64,000 nt of DNA from the NCBI GenBank assembly GCA_030704615.1, contig CM060732.1, forward strand, positions 68,386,001 through 68,450,000, read 5' to 3'. Every line of letters starts with the position of its first letter. The first letter of the stretch is position 1. The notes below the pieces were generated by a model, which made no database searches, was not told where the DNA came from, and was given only the letters and a program-made list of their open reading frames with translations. The DNA comes from Takakia lepidozioides. Lineage: Eukaryota; Plantae; Bryophyta. Below, in pieces: positions 13,060-27,398 of this stretch. Made by a program: the position numbers and the translations under genes.

Positions 13060-16000
13060 GTGACGAGGTTTTCAGGCTTGCAATGTGCGAGCAGAGTAGT
13101 GGCAGTAGACGTGCGTTGGTATGCGAGTTCCAGTGCTCCTGGCCCGTTGGCGATGTACAACAGGCTTGTACAGCGTGGAGAATTGCAACCTCACAACTTG
13201 GCACAGGTACGCCGCTCGAGCTCTAGCAGTTGCGCACATGTGGACAGATTTCCTCGGATCACCATGCCATATCATTGCCTCGACAGTCTTGATTGGAACT
13301 CCCACTTCACTGATATCCATCTTTCCGTCTGGACTAACTGCCCAGACGCAGAAGGTGCGATCGCATTTAACAGAAATGACACAAGTCAGTGGGCCAATGG
13401 GGGCTGGCAATGTAATCTTTGCATGGCTCATCCAAAGTCCCCAATGCAAACATGGAGAGATTCAATAGGGAGGGTGTGACAGAGTGAGGAGTAGATTCAA
13501 TCAAGAATGTAGGAGAATGATATTGTCTATGTTTGGATGTTGTACTTCTATCTCTGCACGGCAACAAAGCCTTGGGTGCCAAAACATTTCAGAATATTGT
13601 GGTATCAACTATGTGTTGATGAGAAACAGTGGGGAACATATGAGCTGACCAATTAATATACTACTTGGAGGCTCGTAAGATTTCCCATTAGCTCACTGAA
13701 AAGGCACCTTAGAGAAGCCATTTTGTTGAAGGGCAGTTTTTCCTTGAGGTTTATGGACGCTTATTTTGATCAGGCATCGTGGGGATGAGCAGGAGAGTGC
13801 TGTGGCTGCACTAGAAACTCTTTTTCAAGAGCTCCTACAGACAGAAGATGCCAGGTATGGAGGTAGACATAAATCGACCTCCTTTTTCCTGTTCTGCAGA
13901 CCATTCTGAAGGGTAGGGTTAGAGCTTGGAGATGTGGCTTCCTAATATCCAGGCTTCTGCAGATGGTGGCAGGTTGCGACCAGGTGGCAAGACCCAAGCA
14001 GGTGTTTAGGCTTGTATATGCATGGTGCTGTGGGCACTGGAAAAACCTTTCTGATGGACCTCTTCTATGGCCAGGCCCCAGTTCGCAGAAAACATCGTGT
14101 ACATTTCCATGCTTTCATGTGTGGCCCTATCCTTGCACACATGTTGCTGCGCATACATAGTGTTTCATCTGTTTTGCTGCCCACAGTCATATTTCCTCAC
14201 TTTATAAGGGTTTCTCTCCCTGTCCTATTGCCATTGGGTGGACTTGATACGGGAGTGGATGACTGGCTCTGTGACTAAATGCCGCCCTTGTGACCTCGTG
14301 TCTTTGTTTGTTTTGACCTGAAGCGCTTTGCTTCGGGTAAGGTTGTGCATTGGATTTAGTTGGAGAGTTTGGGCCTCTCCCTCTTTAGAATATGCCTACG
14401 TGGGCCATTCCCTGCAGCTCCCTGGAGTGTGATCTCTGAATGGTAACAAGCAGACCCCTACCGCTTGGGGGCAGCCCCTCCGCCCAAATGGGCAGTTGTA
14501 TGCTCTGTCTAGCATACTCGGCACTTGGGCTAGGGTTGGTCCTTGTGCTTAAACTTATAGCCTGCAAAATCAAACACTATATTATCCCTTGTCGATAACA
14601 ACACTCCCCAGGGTGATTCCTGGGAATTGGTTACTTCTGCCAAATTTAGGGCTTCATGTGTAGTTTTTGGGGCAAATCCCAGGATGGACGATGTGTCCTT
14701 TAAAACTACATGCTCCAGCTTAGGCTTGGATGATGTGGCTACTGGCTCCATCTCGAGACTTGATAACAGAGGTACGTTGAACTTGAAAGTTTCTAACCAG
14801 TTTGATGCCTTAGAGACACCAAGCAGCCAGACAGACTAGCTGACCCTAAGTGTGCTGAGCCTGAGCGTTGTGTGACTGAAGGGTATGGTACTCCGAATGG
14901 TTTGCCCATCCTTAAAGTTTACACAAGATGAGTAAAAACTACATACGGGGTAATTGTCCCCCCTTTGCAGAACGGTTGGCTGTCCAGGAGCAACTGTAAG
15001 CTACCTAGACGGCAAACAATCCATATGCAAAGGGCTGGCTTGCAGCTGGGCGCTTTCAACTTCTCGTGGCTACTAACCAAAGGAAACAATTTGAAGTGGG
15101 ACCAGTTCAGATAGCTGAGAGACGAGTCCTCTATAAAGAGTGCTGCAATTTCAAAGCCAACAAAGGGTTAAGGGTGAGGGATGCCACCATACCAGCCCTG
15201 ATGTTTGCGGATGACTTCGCAGGCATAGGGAAGACTCCTTCCAATCTTCAGGAGTTGATTGATTGTGTGAAGAGATACTTTGACCTTTGGGGGCTAGAGG
15301 CTAACGTCAGTAAATGTGCAGTGGTGGCATTCAACGACCGAGGGGAGGGAAGAGGTGATCTCAAGTGGCAGCGGGGAAGCCAAGAGATTCTGGTCCTCCC
15401 TTCCTACACATACCTTGGCGTTAAGTTTTCCTCCAACTGTAATTGGGATGCACATATTCCAAAAGTCATTCAATCTGGCAAGCGCAAAGCGCTCGCTGAA
15501 ATTTTTCCACTGCAGAGGGATCAACTGTGAAGTGAAAAAAAACCATGCTTTGCCGCGTCATTAGGCCTGCCTTGGAGTACGCATCTGCAGTATGGGTTGA
15601 TAACTCCAACCAGGCTAAGTCTCTAGAATTCATTCAAGTGGGGGTGCTTAGGGAGTGCATGTCAGCATGCTCCAAAACAGCCAATGCCGCAAGTCTTGAC
15701 CCTGCTGGATAAATCTGACTTAGAGGCTGTAGTGCCCGAAGCCATGTCTGTTGCTCTGATGAAAATGAAGTTAGGCAGAAAACTTCCCTGAACTTGTTGC
15801 CAGTCTGTGACATGGGAGAGGCCATCATGGATGACCTCAAGGTTTACCCACCCTCAGCACTAGACTGAAGTTTAAACTCAGGGCGGGAAGCCTACCTTTG
15901 AACAGCAAACAGATGCAGAGAGGAAAGAGGGATTGCAATTGCCCGTTGTGTGTGCAACCTGAAGACAATATCATTTTCTGATTCATTGTCATGGGTACTC

Positions 16001-18742
16001 TCACGAGAGAGACGCCCTCTTCAAATCCATCAAGGGAATTGTGCCCGAACCTCTGTTTACCAACTTTGAAAGTCTCGGGGCTGAGCCAAAAGCCCAGGCC
16101 CTTTTGGGGCCTAGTTATTGGGCAAACCACACACAGCAGATTGATGCTTGTGTAAAGGGATTTCTAGAGGATATATGGAAAACTCAGATTAATTGTCTGT
16201 TCCAAGGTAAGTCATACTACCGGCGTCAGCCCCTGACAAAGGTAGTTTCTGTCCCTTTGTGTTCCTCTTAAACTGAGCGCGGGGTCAATGGCCACAAGGC
16301 TACGGCAAACAACGTCTTATGAGTACATTATTTTGTAAGGGTTTATGACATAGGATGGAAACTGGCAGGTTGGATGTGCACAAGCGACTCCATCAGCAGC
16401 GGGAAGTTGATGATGCCGTGCAAACTGTGGCCCTGCAACTATGGGAGCAAGCACATGTGCTGTGCTTGGATGAAGTGGAAGGTTAGTTTTTGTTACCCTT
16501 TTTGCTGTGTTGTTAATTGGAGGTAACATAGCTAAAGGGCCAGAGCCTATGTGTGCTGTGGGAAACAGTGACGGACATTGCGGATGCATTGATACTAAGG
16601 CGCCTCTTTGAAGTGCTGTGGCCATTGGGAATGGTGGTTGTTGCGACATCAAATCTCGCACCTGACAATCTCTACCGCAATGGACTTAATCGCCACCTGG
16701 TTGGGATTCTAACTGTTACAGTTCCTGAAAATTGCTCCAGTTTCACAACTTTGCTTGGTTAGCAAAACTAGACCTAGTAGGTGGTAAGTGAGAGGGAGGA
16801 AATCAGGATGACATTAAGCAGTGTTAAGTGCCATTCACCCTGAGGATGCAAGCCCTTGTGTGCATGGTGGACAGTTTGTGCCTTTCATACGCCAGCTAAA
16901 GGAGTACTGCCATGTCTACAGCCTAAACTCTGCTGACGACATGCAGTGTGACTATCGCCGCCGGCATCCTCAATTACACCACCTCTATCTCTGTCCGCTA
17001 CTGGAATCTGTGGATGGCAGATTGGATCAGGCATTCCTTGCTCTTACGGGTACACTTCGTCCTTGTTGCTACTGCTAGTTTGCACCCCAATTCAGAGTGT
17101 TTTTATGGCTATTTGGTATTTGGCTGCAGATGATTGAACTTTTCGTCACCTTCTCCAGGGGGAGTGCAAGGCAGGTCACATGCAGTGGTTGTAGCGATGG
17201 GCAGGGTGCTGCAAATGTTTGCAGCGGAGGGTGTGGCAAGGGCTTCGTTTGCATACCTGTGTGGATCAGCATTTGGAGCTGCAGATTATATAGCAATTGC
17301 CCACACTTTTCCTGTCCTACTCCTGGATAGGTATGCACTGAATACACCATCATGTTTGCAGAGTGTTTATGTATCATATGATTATATTCTGTACATGGAG
17401 AATATCATACCAACAGATACTGTTGCTCTCTATAGCTTTCTTTAACATTGCCCATGAGGCCATCATGGATGACCTCAAGGGTTTACCCACCCTCGGCACT
17501 AGACTGAAACTTAAACTCAGAGCAGGAATCCTACCGTTGAGCAGCAAACAGATGCAGAGAGGAGATAGGGCATTTGCCCGTTGTGTGGGCAACCTGAAGA
17601 CAATATTCATTTTCTGATTCATTGTCCTAGGTACTCTCACGTGAGAGATGCACTCTTCAAATCCATCAAGGGAATTGTCCCTGAACCTCTGTTTACCAAG
17701 TTTGAAAGTCTCGAGGCTGAGCCAAAAGCCCAGGCCCTTTTGGGGCCTAGCTATTGGGCAAACCACACACAGCAGATTGATGCTTGTGTGAAGTAATTTC
17801 TAGAGGATATCTGGAAAGCTCGGATTAATATTCTGTTCCAAGGTAAGTCATACTACCGGCGTCAGCCCCTGACAAAGGTAGTTTCTGTCCCCCACAAGGC
17901 TATGGAAAACAACTCCTTATGAGTACATTTTAACATTGCCTATTTGGCAGCCTGAAAATCTAGGCTAATTCTCTGATCCTAATCCTGCAGATCTTCCTGT
18001 GGAGAAGACCAGCACTAATGTCTGAGCCTCAAGGTCACTGGCCCTCTTCTGCGTTCATGCCAAGTCTGATAATCAAGAACTATGAACTGAGTAATGATGG
18101 ATGAATGCTCTTTCATATTTAGTCCAGTAGATGACATGCGTATGCATAGTTGGCAAGATCAAAAATTCATTGGTCATGAAGCCCGAGTTAGACCACTGCT
18201 ATTGCATCACAATTGTGGTTGTCCATGAGCATATATTGGATCAATGGATTTACCACATGAAATCAACTACAAAGAGGTGGGATTGCAGGATACCGTGGCT
18301 TGGTGATGAATCACGGGAAAATGAGGCTCGCCGCTTTATTACTCTTGTGGATGTGCTTTATGAGGCCAACACCACTTTCATCTGCTCAGCTGCTGTTCCT
18401 GCTGATCTGCTCTTTGCAGAGCCTTCTCAACCCTTGCAAGACGGCCTGAAAAATGGAGATTCTGCAGTAGAAACAGAGAATGAAGGCCTTCACATAATTG
18501 GAGAGGGAGGAAGTTCTGGAAGGTCAATGTTGATGATTGGTGATGTTGAATGGAGTGCCACAGGCAGGCAAGGTGCATCGCTTGCAAACTTAGCGGGCCT
18601 AGGCTTCACGCGAAAAGCAGCACCCCGCGCAGTCTCTCGCCTTCTAGAGATGCAAACTGATGCTTATATTGCCCGAGCTGGAAGAGCCCATATAGGACCA
18701 CTCTTGGTCAAACTGAACAGCAAAGGTTTTAGTGGACCATAA
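13060..18742 (+). CDS. AFG1: AFG1/LACE1-like (ZapE family) ATPase, multi-exon
   Basis: Exons at ~13060-13206, ~13960-14118 ([13 protein letters not shown] Walker A, RVHFHAFM), ~16369-16480 (LCLDE Walker B), ~16569-16698 ([21 protein letters not shown]), ~16874-17049 (DYRR), ~17158-17330 (GAADY) and ~18289-18742 ([25 protein letters not shown]). The start codon and some early exons are not resolved. Confidence 0.85.
14214..16331 (+). mobile_element. Internally deleted LINE in an AFG1 intron
   Basis: RT motifs LMFADD and YTYLGV (15066-15530), C-terminal C..C/HF motif, and a ~13-bp TSD TTT(A/G)TAAGGGTTT at 14201-14213 and 16332-16344. Confidence 0.8.
17453..17928 (+). mobile_element. 5'-truncated copy of the same LINE family in another AFG1 intron
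   Basis: Highly similar to 15815-16330; perfect 12-bp TSD TTTAACATTGCC (17441-17452 and 17929-17940). Confidence 0.9.
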
Positions 18743-19124
18743 CACTGCATTTCTGGCCCATTGCTCATGATGAGTCGCACAAATGCCTCTTTGCTACATT
18801 TTTTGCTGTATTTCACATTCGACGTACAGACTACCTAAGTGCATCTCTCCTGTATTGTCCCCAAGTGATTGAAGCAGATTTAAGTCCAAGCTTTGCAAAG
18901 CAGTGGAGAGAAGATGGGCTCAAGTGAATGAGGTGAAGCTGGTAGATGCCGGGGATCACAGCCTTCATCAAGAATATACCCAGAGTAGTGAACAAAGATA
19001 GTTAATTTTCCTATGAATTAATTCAAAACCTTGTCTTATTCAATGAGCATTCTCTTGTTTGAATTTCGTATGCGACCAAAACACGCGCTGTGCATGTCAA
19101 CCCTCTCTCCTCTCCCAGACGAAT

Positions 19125-19600
19125 AGCAGGATCTGCAAGCTTTGCGGCATTTCCAGGCCACTCAGGAGTTCCAATCACCTACTCAGGGTTCTTCTTGCAC
19201 TCATCGCTTCCCGCCCATATGAGGCAATTCTCATCTTCATCTTTACAGGCGTGTTCCAGCGGATTCGATGGGGGCTCATCGTCAAAGGAGCCCACACGGA
19301 TCCTACTTTGTGGCTAACCACTTTTCTTCAAGAACAGGTCGGACATCCTGTGTGTAAGATTTCCTGATCGTTAACAAAAAATGAATGCAAGCTACAAAAC
19401 AGCAACGCGTCTCCCTTTCCGAAGTTTAACAGCTATACCTCTCTTGGCACAGTCCGACCATGTGTCGTCTTTGGAGACGCCATCGGTCTCTGAAATAGGA
19501 AAAGCTGTCTCACTACCACCACTGGCTTGATTAATCCTGTCATCGAAGAAATCAGAAGCAAGGGTTGCGTGATCTCTACCCCGGCCTGTGTGCACCACAA
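19125..19600 (-). pseudogene. Prolyl 4-hydroxylase (P4H + C-terminal ShKT) pseudogene fragment
   Basis: Across frameshifts: ETAFP..KDDTWSDCAKRGIAVKLRKG/DALLF.SLH..LHTGCP..KW..IRVGSFD..CKDEDENC..WA...ECKKNP...GTPEWPG/CRKAC. Contains stops and no obvious introns. Confidence 0.75.
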
Positions 19601-19877
19601 CGGATCTCTGCCATTGGCCCTGGCAGGGTCAGTATTTCCGCATGCCAAGGCTGGGATTGAAGACTTCTGGTTAATGAAGTTCATCTAGGGTATCTACCTG
19701 TTCACTTGCAACAAGTCCGCAGGTGAAACAGAACCTGTATTGTTAAATTGTGTTAGTAAAAAAGTAATTGTAGCCAAGCAGGAATCTTCAGTAGGGAAGC
19801 TTAGTGATGTCCAGAGTCACCAACAAAATTCCATTCAAGTATTTGTCCGAACAGAAAAGGGCCGAATTTTTCAGTTC

Positions 19878-21341
19878 TCACTGTGGCACGCCTAACCACT
19901 TCGTGAAGTTCTCAAACTCTGTGTACTCACTGTCTGAGACCATAGTTTTGTACCAAGAAGCACCAGCCTTCTTCACAGCCTCCTTTTCCTCGGGCTGAAC
20001 ATTACCACGACAGTTCAAATGTAAGATCCATGTGGGATGTGCAAATTTGAGACAACAAATTTGCATGAAAACTCAGACATATGCTTACTCGTGACCCATT
20101 AGAAATATCCAACAATGAAGCAGAAGCATCCAGGACGAAGAATTTGTAGAACATGTACCTTCACAGTTTTCCTCTTGCTCTCAAGCTTCTCAGCCTTGGC
20201 CTTGGCACGCTGCTCCTGGGCCAAAAGCTCCATCCTCCTGGCAGTCTTGGCATATGGGTTCAGCTTCAGAAGGGCCCCTAGGTTCTTCAATGGATTCTTC
20301 TTCAGTGCCCGTCTTTTAATGTCCTTTCTTGCGGGGCGGACCACACTCTGGATCTCATCGGAGTTAATTATTCTAGCCAAATCTGGATTGCCCATAATTG
20401 GTCGGGGTAGAATGTAGTCCTTCTTCACAAGTGACTTCTTCTCCAGAGAACCAAAGATTGCGTCCAATTTCTCGAAAGCAGACTTTGTCCATACAATAAA
20501 TCGGCCAAGGTGACCACCTGCAGCAAAATGTTTCATTCTCAGCTGTCCACTACTGCTAAGGCCAAAAACAAGAAACTGTAAACCTAATGTGTTCACGAAA
20601 ACACTGACCTGGAGCAAGCTGAAGCAGATTCAAGCGGTCCACAGACACAATCTCCACGCCAGGGATGTTTCGGAAGGCCTTCACCAATTTCGCACCCTCA
20701 GCACCATACACAATCAGCGGGCCCCTGCGAGAGACGTACCTCCTGTTCCTCATCTTTCCCTTTCCGGCTCGGATGTTGTGGCTCGCCTTCACTTTCTCAA
20801 CATCCTCATAAGCGCCGAACTTCTTCAGCAGCTTCACAGCGGAGGATGTCTTCTCAATGCCCTCAACTGTATCGCTCAAAACCAATGGAACCTCCGGAAC
20901 CTTCTCAATGCGGTGACCCCTGGCAAGAAGCAGGGAAGGGATTGCTGACGCCGCCAAGGCAGACGCAATAGCATACCTCTTCTGGTTCAGGTTCACCTTG
21001 CGGTGCCATCGCCGCCAGATCTTAGTTGGAGCAAACATGCGACCGCCGCGACACATATTGCCAAAAGCTCCCTGGCCAGCACGATGGGTACCACCTCCAG
21101 GAACCCTCGGAATACGAGACACGGCTCTTCCCGTCCCCCATGACTCGGCCGACGTCTGGTGCCCAGCCTTCTTGCTCACAGCATAAGGCTGCCTCTTGTT
21201 CTTTGCAAGGGATGTGTGCACGGATTGCACAACATCCTGTCGAATTGGTGACAGGAACACAGCTGGGAGGGTGGCCGAGGCAGCCGCACCCTCTCCCTCC
21301 AAGGCCTGAACTGTGACCAGAGGACGCGCTGCGGCCGCCAT
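19878..21341 (-). CDS. RPL4: 60S ribosomal protein L4 (uL4), 3 exons
   Basis: Exons 21341-20609, 20517-20159 and 19994-19878 with GT-AG introns give 1209 nt (402 aa). Diagnostic [22 protein letters not shown] and GRF.VWT motifs. Confidence 0.97.
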
Positions 21342-24300
21342 GGATGTAAGCTCAGTCTGCGACACCAAAGGAATTGCAAGACACACCCCGAGAGACTTAG
21401 GGCCTACCGATCGACGCCTCTTCGTCTGAATCTGAACGAAAGCTGAGTTTATCGTCTATCTCCGAACGATACGTTCTCAGTTATAGGGTTTAGGGCCTTA
21501 GTGAGATTGTTTTTGGGGCCGATGGCAGAGGGGTCATTTTGTGTATATGTTGTCTCCAATGACTGACCTACCTCAAACGGTGAGTAGAGATGAGTTTGCT
21601 TACCATTATTCAAAGATTGAAAGCTCAATGCACTGCTGCAAGGGATAAACTTGTGCCCTACTAGAACCATTCTTCACTACTTCACTGCTTTGTTTAACCT
21701 CCTTATTATCTACCTTCTTTCCTTCTAAAGCCTCAACCACAACTCTACCTGCCTCGGATTGAGTCTGTCCTTTTCCATTCCCTTCCAAAGACTTAACGGT
21801 AGCAGAATCTGCCTCGATGTCACTCGAATCAGACGGCAATTCGACTCCACTACCCTCGCTTGTCTCTGTAGAATCAGTTGAGCTGCCATCACTTGAATGA
21901 GCAAGAAGGCGGTCAATTTTCTGCCCTGACCCCAACAATCTCGGTTGGATCGTCTTCCTGACAGAAGTTGAAATTTTGGGGTGGGTGGTTCCTCTCACAG
22001 CTTGAAAACAGCTTGCTCTCTGAGCAGTGACCTGCAAAAACGTCTGGCATCGTTCACATACCTTGGAAACTACTTCCACAAGCGTTATAAAAAGCCACAG
22101 AAAGAACGAACGAACTGCATTTGCCATAATCAAGGATCAGTTCAGTGGTGCTATAAGCTTTGCTCCACATGAAGAAAGGCAATCTATAATACTAGCTTGA
22201 CCTGTGGCCAGCCTCAGGCCATAGAGCAATTCAAGTGTTCGTGTGCCCACTGCATATGATTGTGCATAGGTAGTAGGACCATGCAGTACACAAGAATAAA
22301 CATATATAGGACCATACGTAATAAATAAGAGTGATTATATAGTAAAAAAGTAAAAAAGATTCCATTTAAAATTATCTCGAAAATCAGTACATGTCAAACA
22401 AATTTCTAAAACACTGAACAAGGTTGCATAAAAATTACGATTCCAATGTGATGACCATCGTGGAATTTGCTTGAAGAAGTAAAGCATGTCAACTGTCAAG
22501 ACAGATTTGCCACTGTGGTCGCCATGTCTGCGAAAAACCAAACATTTCAGAAAGTTCATACATAGGTGTGCAGAAAACCGTCATTCATGCAACCACGATG
22601 CAAAATTTTGGGACCCCTTAAGTGCAGTAAGAAATACATGTCGCATGCCAATCCAAGAGAAATGAATGTAAACGATTCGATTGAATTAAAGATCGTCAAA
22701 GCTCTTCAATCAGATATACATACCGAATCCCACTTCCAAACATTGCACCAATGGCTGACAAACGAACTGAGCATGGACTCTGTACAATTTGTAGTAAACA
22801 GTATTTCTCAAAAAGATAGTACTGAACAGTAGGACTTAAAAGCATAAACCTAAAATGACCGCTTATTGATTCGGACAATTCTCTCTGATAAAATGAAGGT
22901 TTCTATGTCTAGCAGAACCCATTGCTCAAAATGAAGTTCTTCCAAATCAGGATTTAACCAAAAGTAACTCAAGACCTCAGAGTACTTATTTGTGATAGCT
23001 GTAAAGCTTGCACCAATTTCTGCACACCATTCCAGAGCTACAGAATCTTGTTGTAATGAAAAGATTCACTTATCACTCTCTAAAATGTTGCTGGTGCATT
23101 ACAAAGTCCAAAAGGCATGACTTTGTATGCATAAGCACCCCAGTCTGTGATGAAAGCTGTCTTTCCCTAGTCTTCTTCTGTCACTTGCACTTGATTATAT
23201 CCACTGAAGCCATCCATGAATGAGTACATTTCATGGCTTGCCACAGTGTCCAATACTGCTTCTGTGAATGGCAAGGGAAATGGATCATTCTTCGTGCAAG
23301 CATTCAACTTCTTATAGTTCACACAAACTCTTAGTTTACCATTCTTCTTGGGAACTATCACAATGGGTGACAACCAAGTTGTATACTCTATTGGGTATAT
23401 AAACTTAGCCTCAGCCAACTTCTTGATCTCTTCTCCAACCTTCTGTGCATAGTTGGGATTCATTCTGTACCTTGCCTGCTTGATTGGTACTGATCCTGGT
23501 TCCAGTTCTGACATATTTCAGGTGGTATCCCTTTTAGATCCTCATAGCTCCAAGCAAATACATCTCTGTATTTGATGAACAAACTCTTAGCTTCTTCAAA
23601 GAATTCTGGCTCCAAATCAGCTCCTACCTTCACCATCCTTGGTTCCTCTTCAGTTCCCACATTCACTTCCCTCACCTGCTCATCAGCTGTGATTGTCCAA
23701 CCAGTCACCACTTCATCATGTAAACTCACAGTGGCTGGTTCCTCTAGGATTTCCATTTCTCCTTCTCTTTCTTCATAGAAATGTGATGGGTAACTGCTGG
23801 TTTCCTCTTCAATTGGTGTTGCTGACACTACACCACAGTAGATACCTCTTAAACAACTTAGGCCTTCCAGCCGCATCTCTGCAACCTGCTCCCACTCTGG
23901 GTGTGCAGCGAACAGGGTAGCTTCCTGCTCCTCATCCAGTCCTCCTCTCCAGTCATACTCTCTGACCCCTCGAGGTCTTCTCGTAGTAGGTAATCTACTA
24001 GATTTCTTGGTGGTAATTTGTATCTCGTGCATTCCATTATACACAGTTAGTAATTGAGAATTCTAGTCATGGAATACCTTGGCCTATTTCAGCCACGGAC
24101 GTCCCAATAATAAGGAGTAAGCCTCCATGACTTCATCCATCTTTAACACAGTTACTGTGATCATAAAGATCATCTTTTGTATCTGTATCTTTTGTATTTG
24201 TATCTGTATCTGTATCATCTTTTGCTGTTCAGGTCTGTGTTTCTTGTCTCCTGGGCAATTCGATTGATTGCTTGATACAGCCTGTGTCTACAATAAGGTG

Positions 24301-26689
24301 CCAGAGCCAATAGCTGTCCAATGGTAATCTCTGCTTTGGTCTGGCATATTACTTCAGCCAAAGTCCCTTCATTACTTTGCATGTCTGCAACTTCTTTCTT
24401 CCTTTCATCCTCACTCACTTCTTCTTCTCCATCAGAATCAGAGGAATCTGCCACAGGAATATCAGTACTCTTCTACATTTCCCTTATGGTATCTGTCACT
24501 TCCTTATGCAGTTCCTTCTCATCTCTCCAAGCCTCATCATCTTCAGGCATATCACTGCCATCTTCATTATCATCATCTTCCTCAACTACTGGAGGTATTA
24601 GTTTGGCTTTGCTTCTTGTTACTATCATTGTACTTACTTCTGGTACAACACATGGCCTAACCATGTGAGCTGCCACCACTGGGCCCTCATTCACAGAAGC
24701 TCTCATCTCATTCTGGTGTAATCTAGAACGAACAGGTTGCCTTTCGATGTCCTGACTGATTACAATAGTAACACAGTTCTTCACCATTGGGTCCTCGCCC
24801 TTGGTCTGCTCTTGGATTATTTTTGTAATCCTGATTCCCTGGCTGGTAATTCCCCCTTGGATTACCCTAATAATTTCCTCTGGAATTTCCTTGGTAATTC
24901 CCTCTTGAATTACCTCTCCCTTCCATGCCATTGTTATAACCACCAGGCCTACCATAGTGGTCCTGATCATTGTTTCTTCTTGGCTGGGGTTGCACTTGAT
25001 GCACCCTTACTTGCCTAGGTTCTCTTCCAGCTGTCCTTCTGTTGTAGTAACAATTCTCAGTAGAATGGTTATCCATCTTACAGATAGTATAGCGTTTCTC
25101 CTTCATGTGGCATTCAGTGGTGGTATGGCCTTCATTCAGGCACTTTGCACACCAAACACCCTTCCTCTAATGTGTTGCAGCCTCTGTGGCATACTTCTTC
25201 AAGATTTCTTCTAATCTTTTCTCATAGTTATCCCTCTTCAACTTCTCCTTTCTCTTACTCTTCCTTTTCAGTTCTTGCTCTTCTTCTTCATCTGACTCAT
25301 CCTCAGAGTCCTCATCATCCCTTTTCTCTCTCCTGAGCATTCCCAATTGCTCAATTCTATTTGCAGTTTCAAATGCCTCCTCCACTGTATTATGGGGTAA
25401 CATATCCACTTTCTTCTGCAACTCTGGTCTTAGTGCACTCACAAACCAAGTCTTCTGTAAACCTGGTGCTGGTACAGCAGCCAGCTTTTTCATCATCAAT
25501 TCCATCTTTTCCATATACTCCTCAACAATTTCATGCTTCTTTTGCTTTAACTGTTGTAAACTTCCATACACTTCATCCTCAGTTTTACTTGTCCTGAACC
25601 TATTTCGGAATGCTGTATTCAAGCCATTCCAGGTTAGGAAATGATTATCAGGGAATCTTGCATACCATTCACTTGCTTTCTTGATAAGTGAACAAGGAAA
25701 CAATCTCATCTTGGCATCAACGCCATTCTCATTGTCACTATACACATGTGCTCAAATTGGCTTATGTGTACATCGGGATCCCCTTTTCTTGAATATATTG
25801 GAAAAGGTGGTTTTGCCCGTGTTGGTTGTAACGCCATCTGTGGCCCTACCTTCTGCCCACTGACAGGTGCTGGCACCCTTGCCGGTGTTGGTCCTTGAGG
25901 ACCTGTTGTAGTTGTGGTGGATCTTCCACTAAGTGGTGGCCCCTGAGCACTCCTTGCTACTGGCCCCACGATATTCACATTATTCCCAGCTCCAGTTGCA
26001 CTACTTCCCACACTCCCTGTCCCCCCAGAGCCAGATCCAGGCAGCCCGCCTGATCCCCCTGAGCCGACACCTTCGTTGGCCTGTGATCCAAGTGCTCCAC
26101 TTGATCCAGGTCCAACGGGTTGGGATGTCCTGGTTGTAGTCTCAACCTCAGCTGTTGGGTCTACTTCTTCATACTCTTCCTCTTCCAATTTCTTCTCTCT
26201 ATTTTCATCCTCCAAGTTCTGCCCTTGGGTTTCTTCTTCACTCATGTAACTCAACTGCAATGGTGTTGGAGAGTCTGAACTCTCCGTTGGTTCTGCCACA
26301 TTCTCTCCTCCTTCTTCACCCTCCGCTTCAGAAGCTGGAGTTCCTGCTTTTGGTATTCCATGCCAACTCTTATCAAAGATTTCTGTCAAATCTTTTATCC
26401 AGGGATGTACCTCAAATCTTTCACCTCGTGATTGATCTTCTTCCCGTACCAATTCCCTTAATCTTTCTTTCAAAGAAAAAGAAGGAGTGGCATCCAACTC
26501 TAGTTCTTCCGGTATGGGTGATGTACTCCCTGATCTTAATGGTGTGAGAGGTCCAGATGATTCCCCTATGTCTATTCCTCTCTCCCAAAGATATGGATAA
26601 TTAGCTTTCAGATAGCTTTCTCTTTTTGCTGAATATCTCTGGAGTCTAGCTTCTCTTTCATCACTCATGTCCCATGTCTTTTATTTCTT

Positions 26690-27385
26690 TTAATGTGGCA
26701 ATAACCAAAACTCTCTTCTGTAATATCTCTCGTATATGCCTGGGTTTCTCTCAAGCTTCAATGTTCCTCTGGATATACTAGAAGTCTCCGTTACCATATA
26801 CCCATATGGTAAACAAGTCTGAAAAGCTGTTCTTGGTGTGAGTTTGATCCACAAGATATCCTTTGGAATCCAGTTCTTTACCAGTACAAGTTCCTCATGC
26901 ATATGAGTATAAACATTCACCTTTCTTTCCTCCCAGCCTTCAAACTCTACTCGCTTAATGGATAGCAATGCTATCACATAAATGAGTGTTGGTAACCAAC
27001 GTGCTCTTCCTCTATAGGCCACCTGATAAATCTTTATCACTCCTTTCTCCAGACCCCATTCAGGGTCAACATCATGCACTCTTTTAAGAATGTTTTCTTT
27101 ACAACCGTCTGGCAATTCCAAGAACCTCTGAAAGAATCGTTTGGACAATCTTTCCTTCTCAGTTTCACAGGGAATTTGATTCACATCAAATTCTTTAATT
27201 CTCCATCCACCATGATCCCACCAGATGCCTGTCACATCTGGTTGTTCATGACCCAGTTCCCCAGTATGGTCGCCAAATGTCGAGCGGCTTTTACTCACCC
27301 ATCCCTTTGCTATCCGAGGTGGGAACTCCAAGATAGAAGAGTTGGAAATCTCTAAGCACTCAGCCCGCTCAGAACAATCAGTCAT
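26690..27385 (-). CDS. Extra ORF (231 aa) between the putative PBS and gag
   Basis: Uninterrupted ATG-initiated ORF directly inside the LTR and 21 bp upstream of the gag ATG; no recognisable motif. Confidence 0.5.
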   Translation of the reverse strand: MTDCSERAECLEISNSSILEFPPRIAKGWVSKSRSTFGDHTGELGHEQPDVTGIWWDHGGWRIKEFDVNQIPCETEKERLSKRFFQRFLELPDGCKENILKRVHDVDPEWGLEKGVIKIYQVAYRGRARWLPTLIYVIALLSIKRVEFEGWEERKVNVYTHMHEELVLVKNWIPKDILWIKLTPRTAFQTCLPYGYMVTETSSISRGTLKLERNPGIYERYYRREFWLLPH

Positions 27386-27398
27386 GACCTACAACCAG

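Noticed and set aside
21606-22133. 175-aa minus-strand ORF upstream of RPL4
   Set aside because: No recognisable domain and partly low-complexity; it cannot be supported as a gene.
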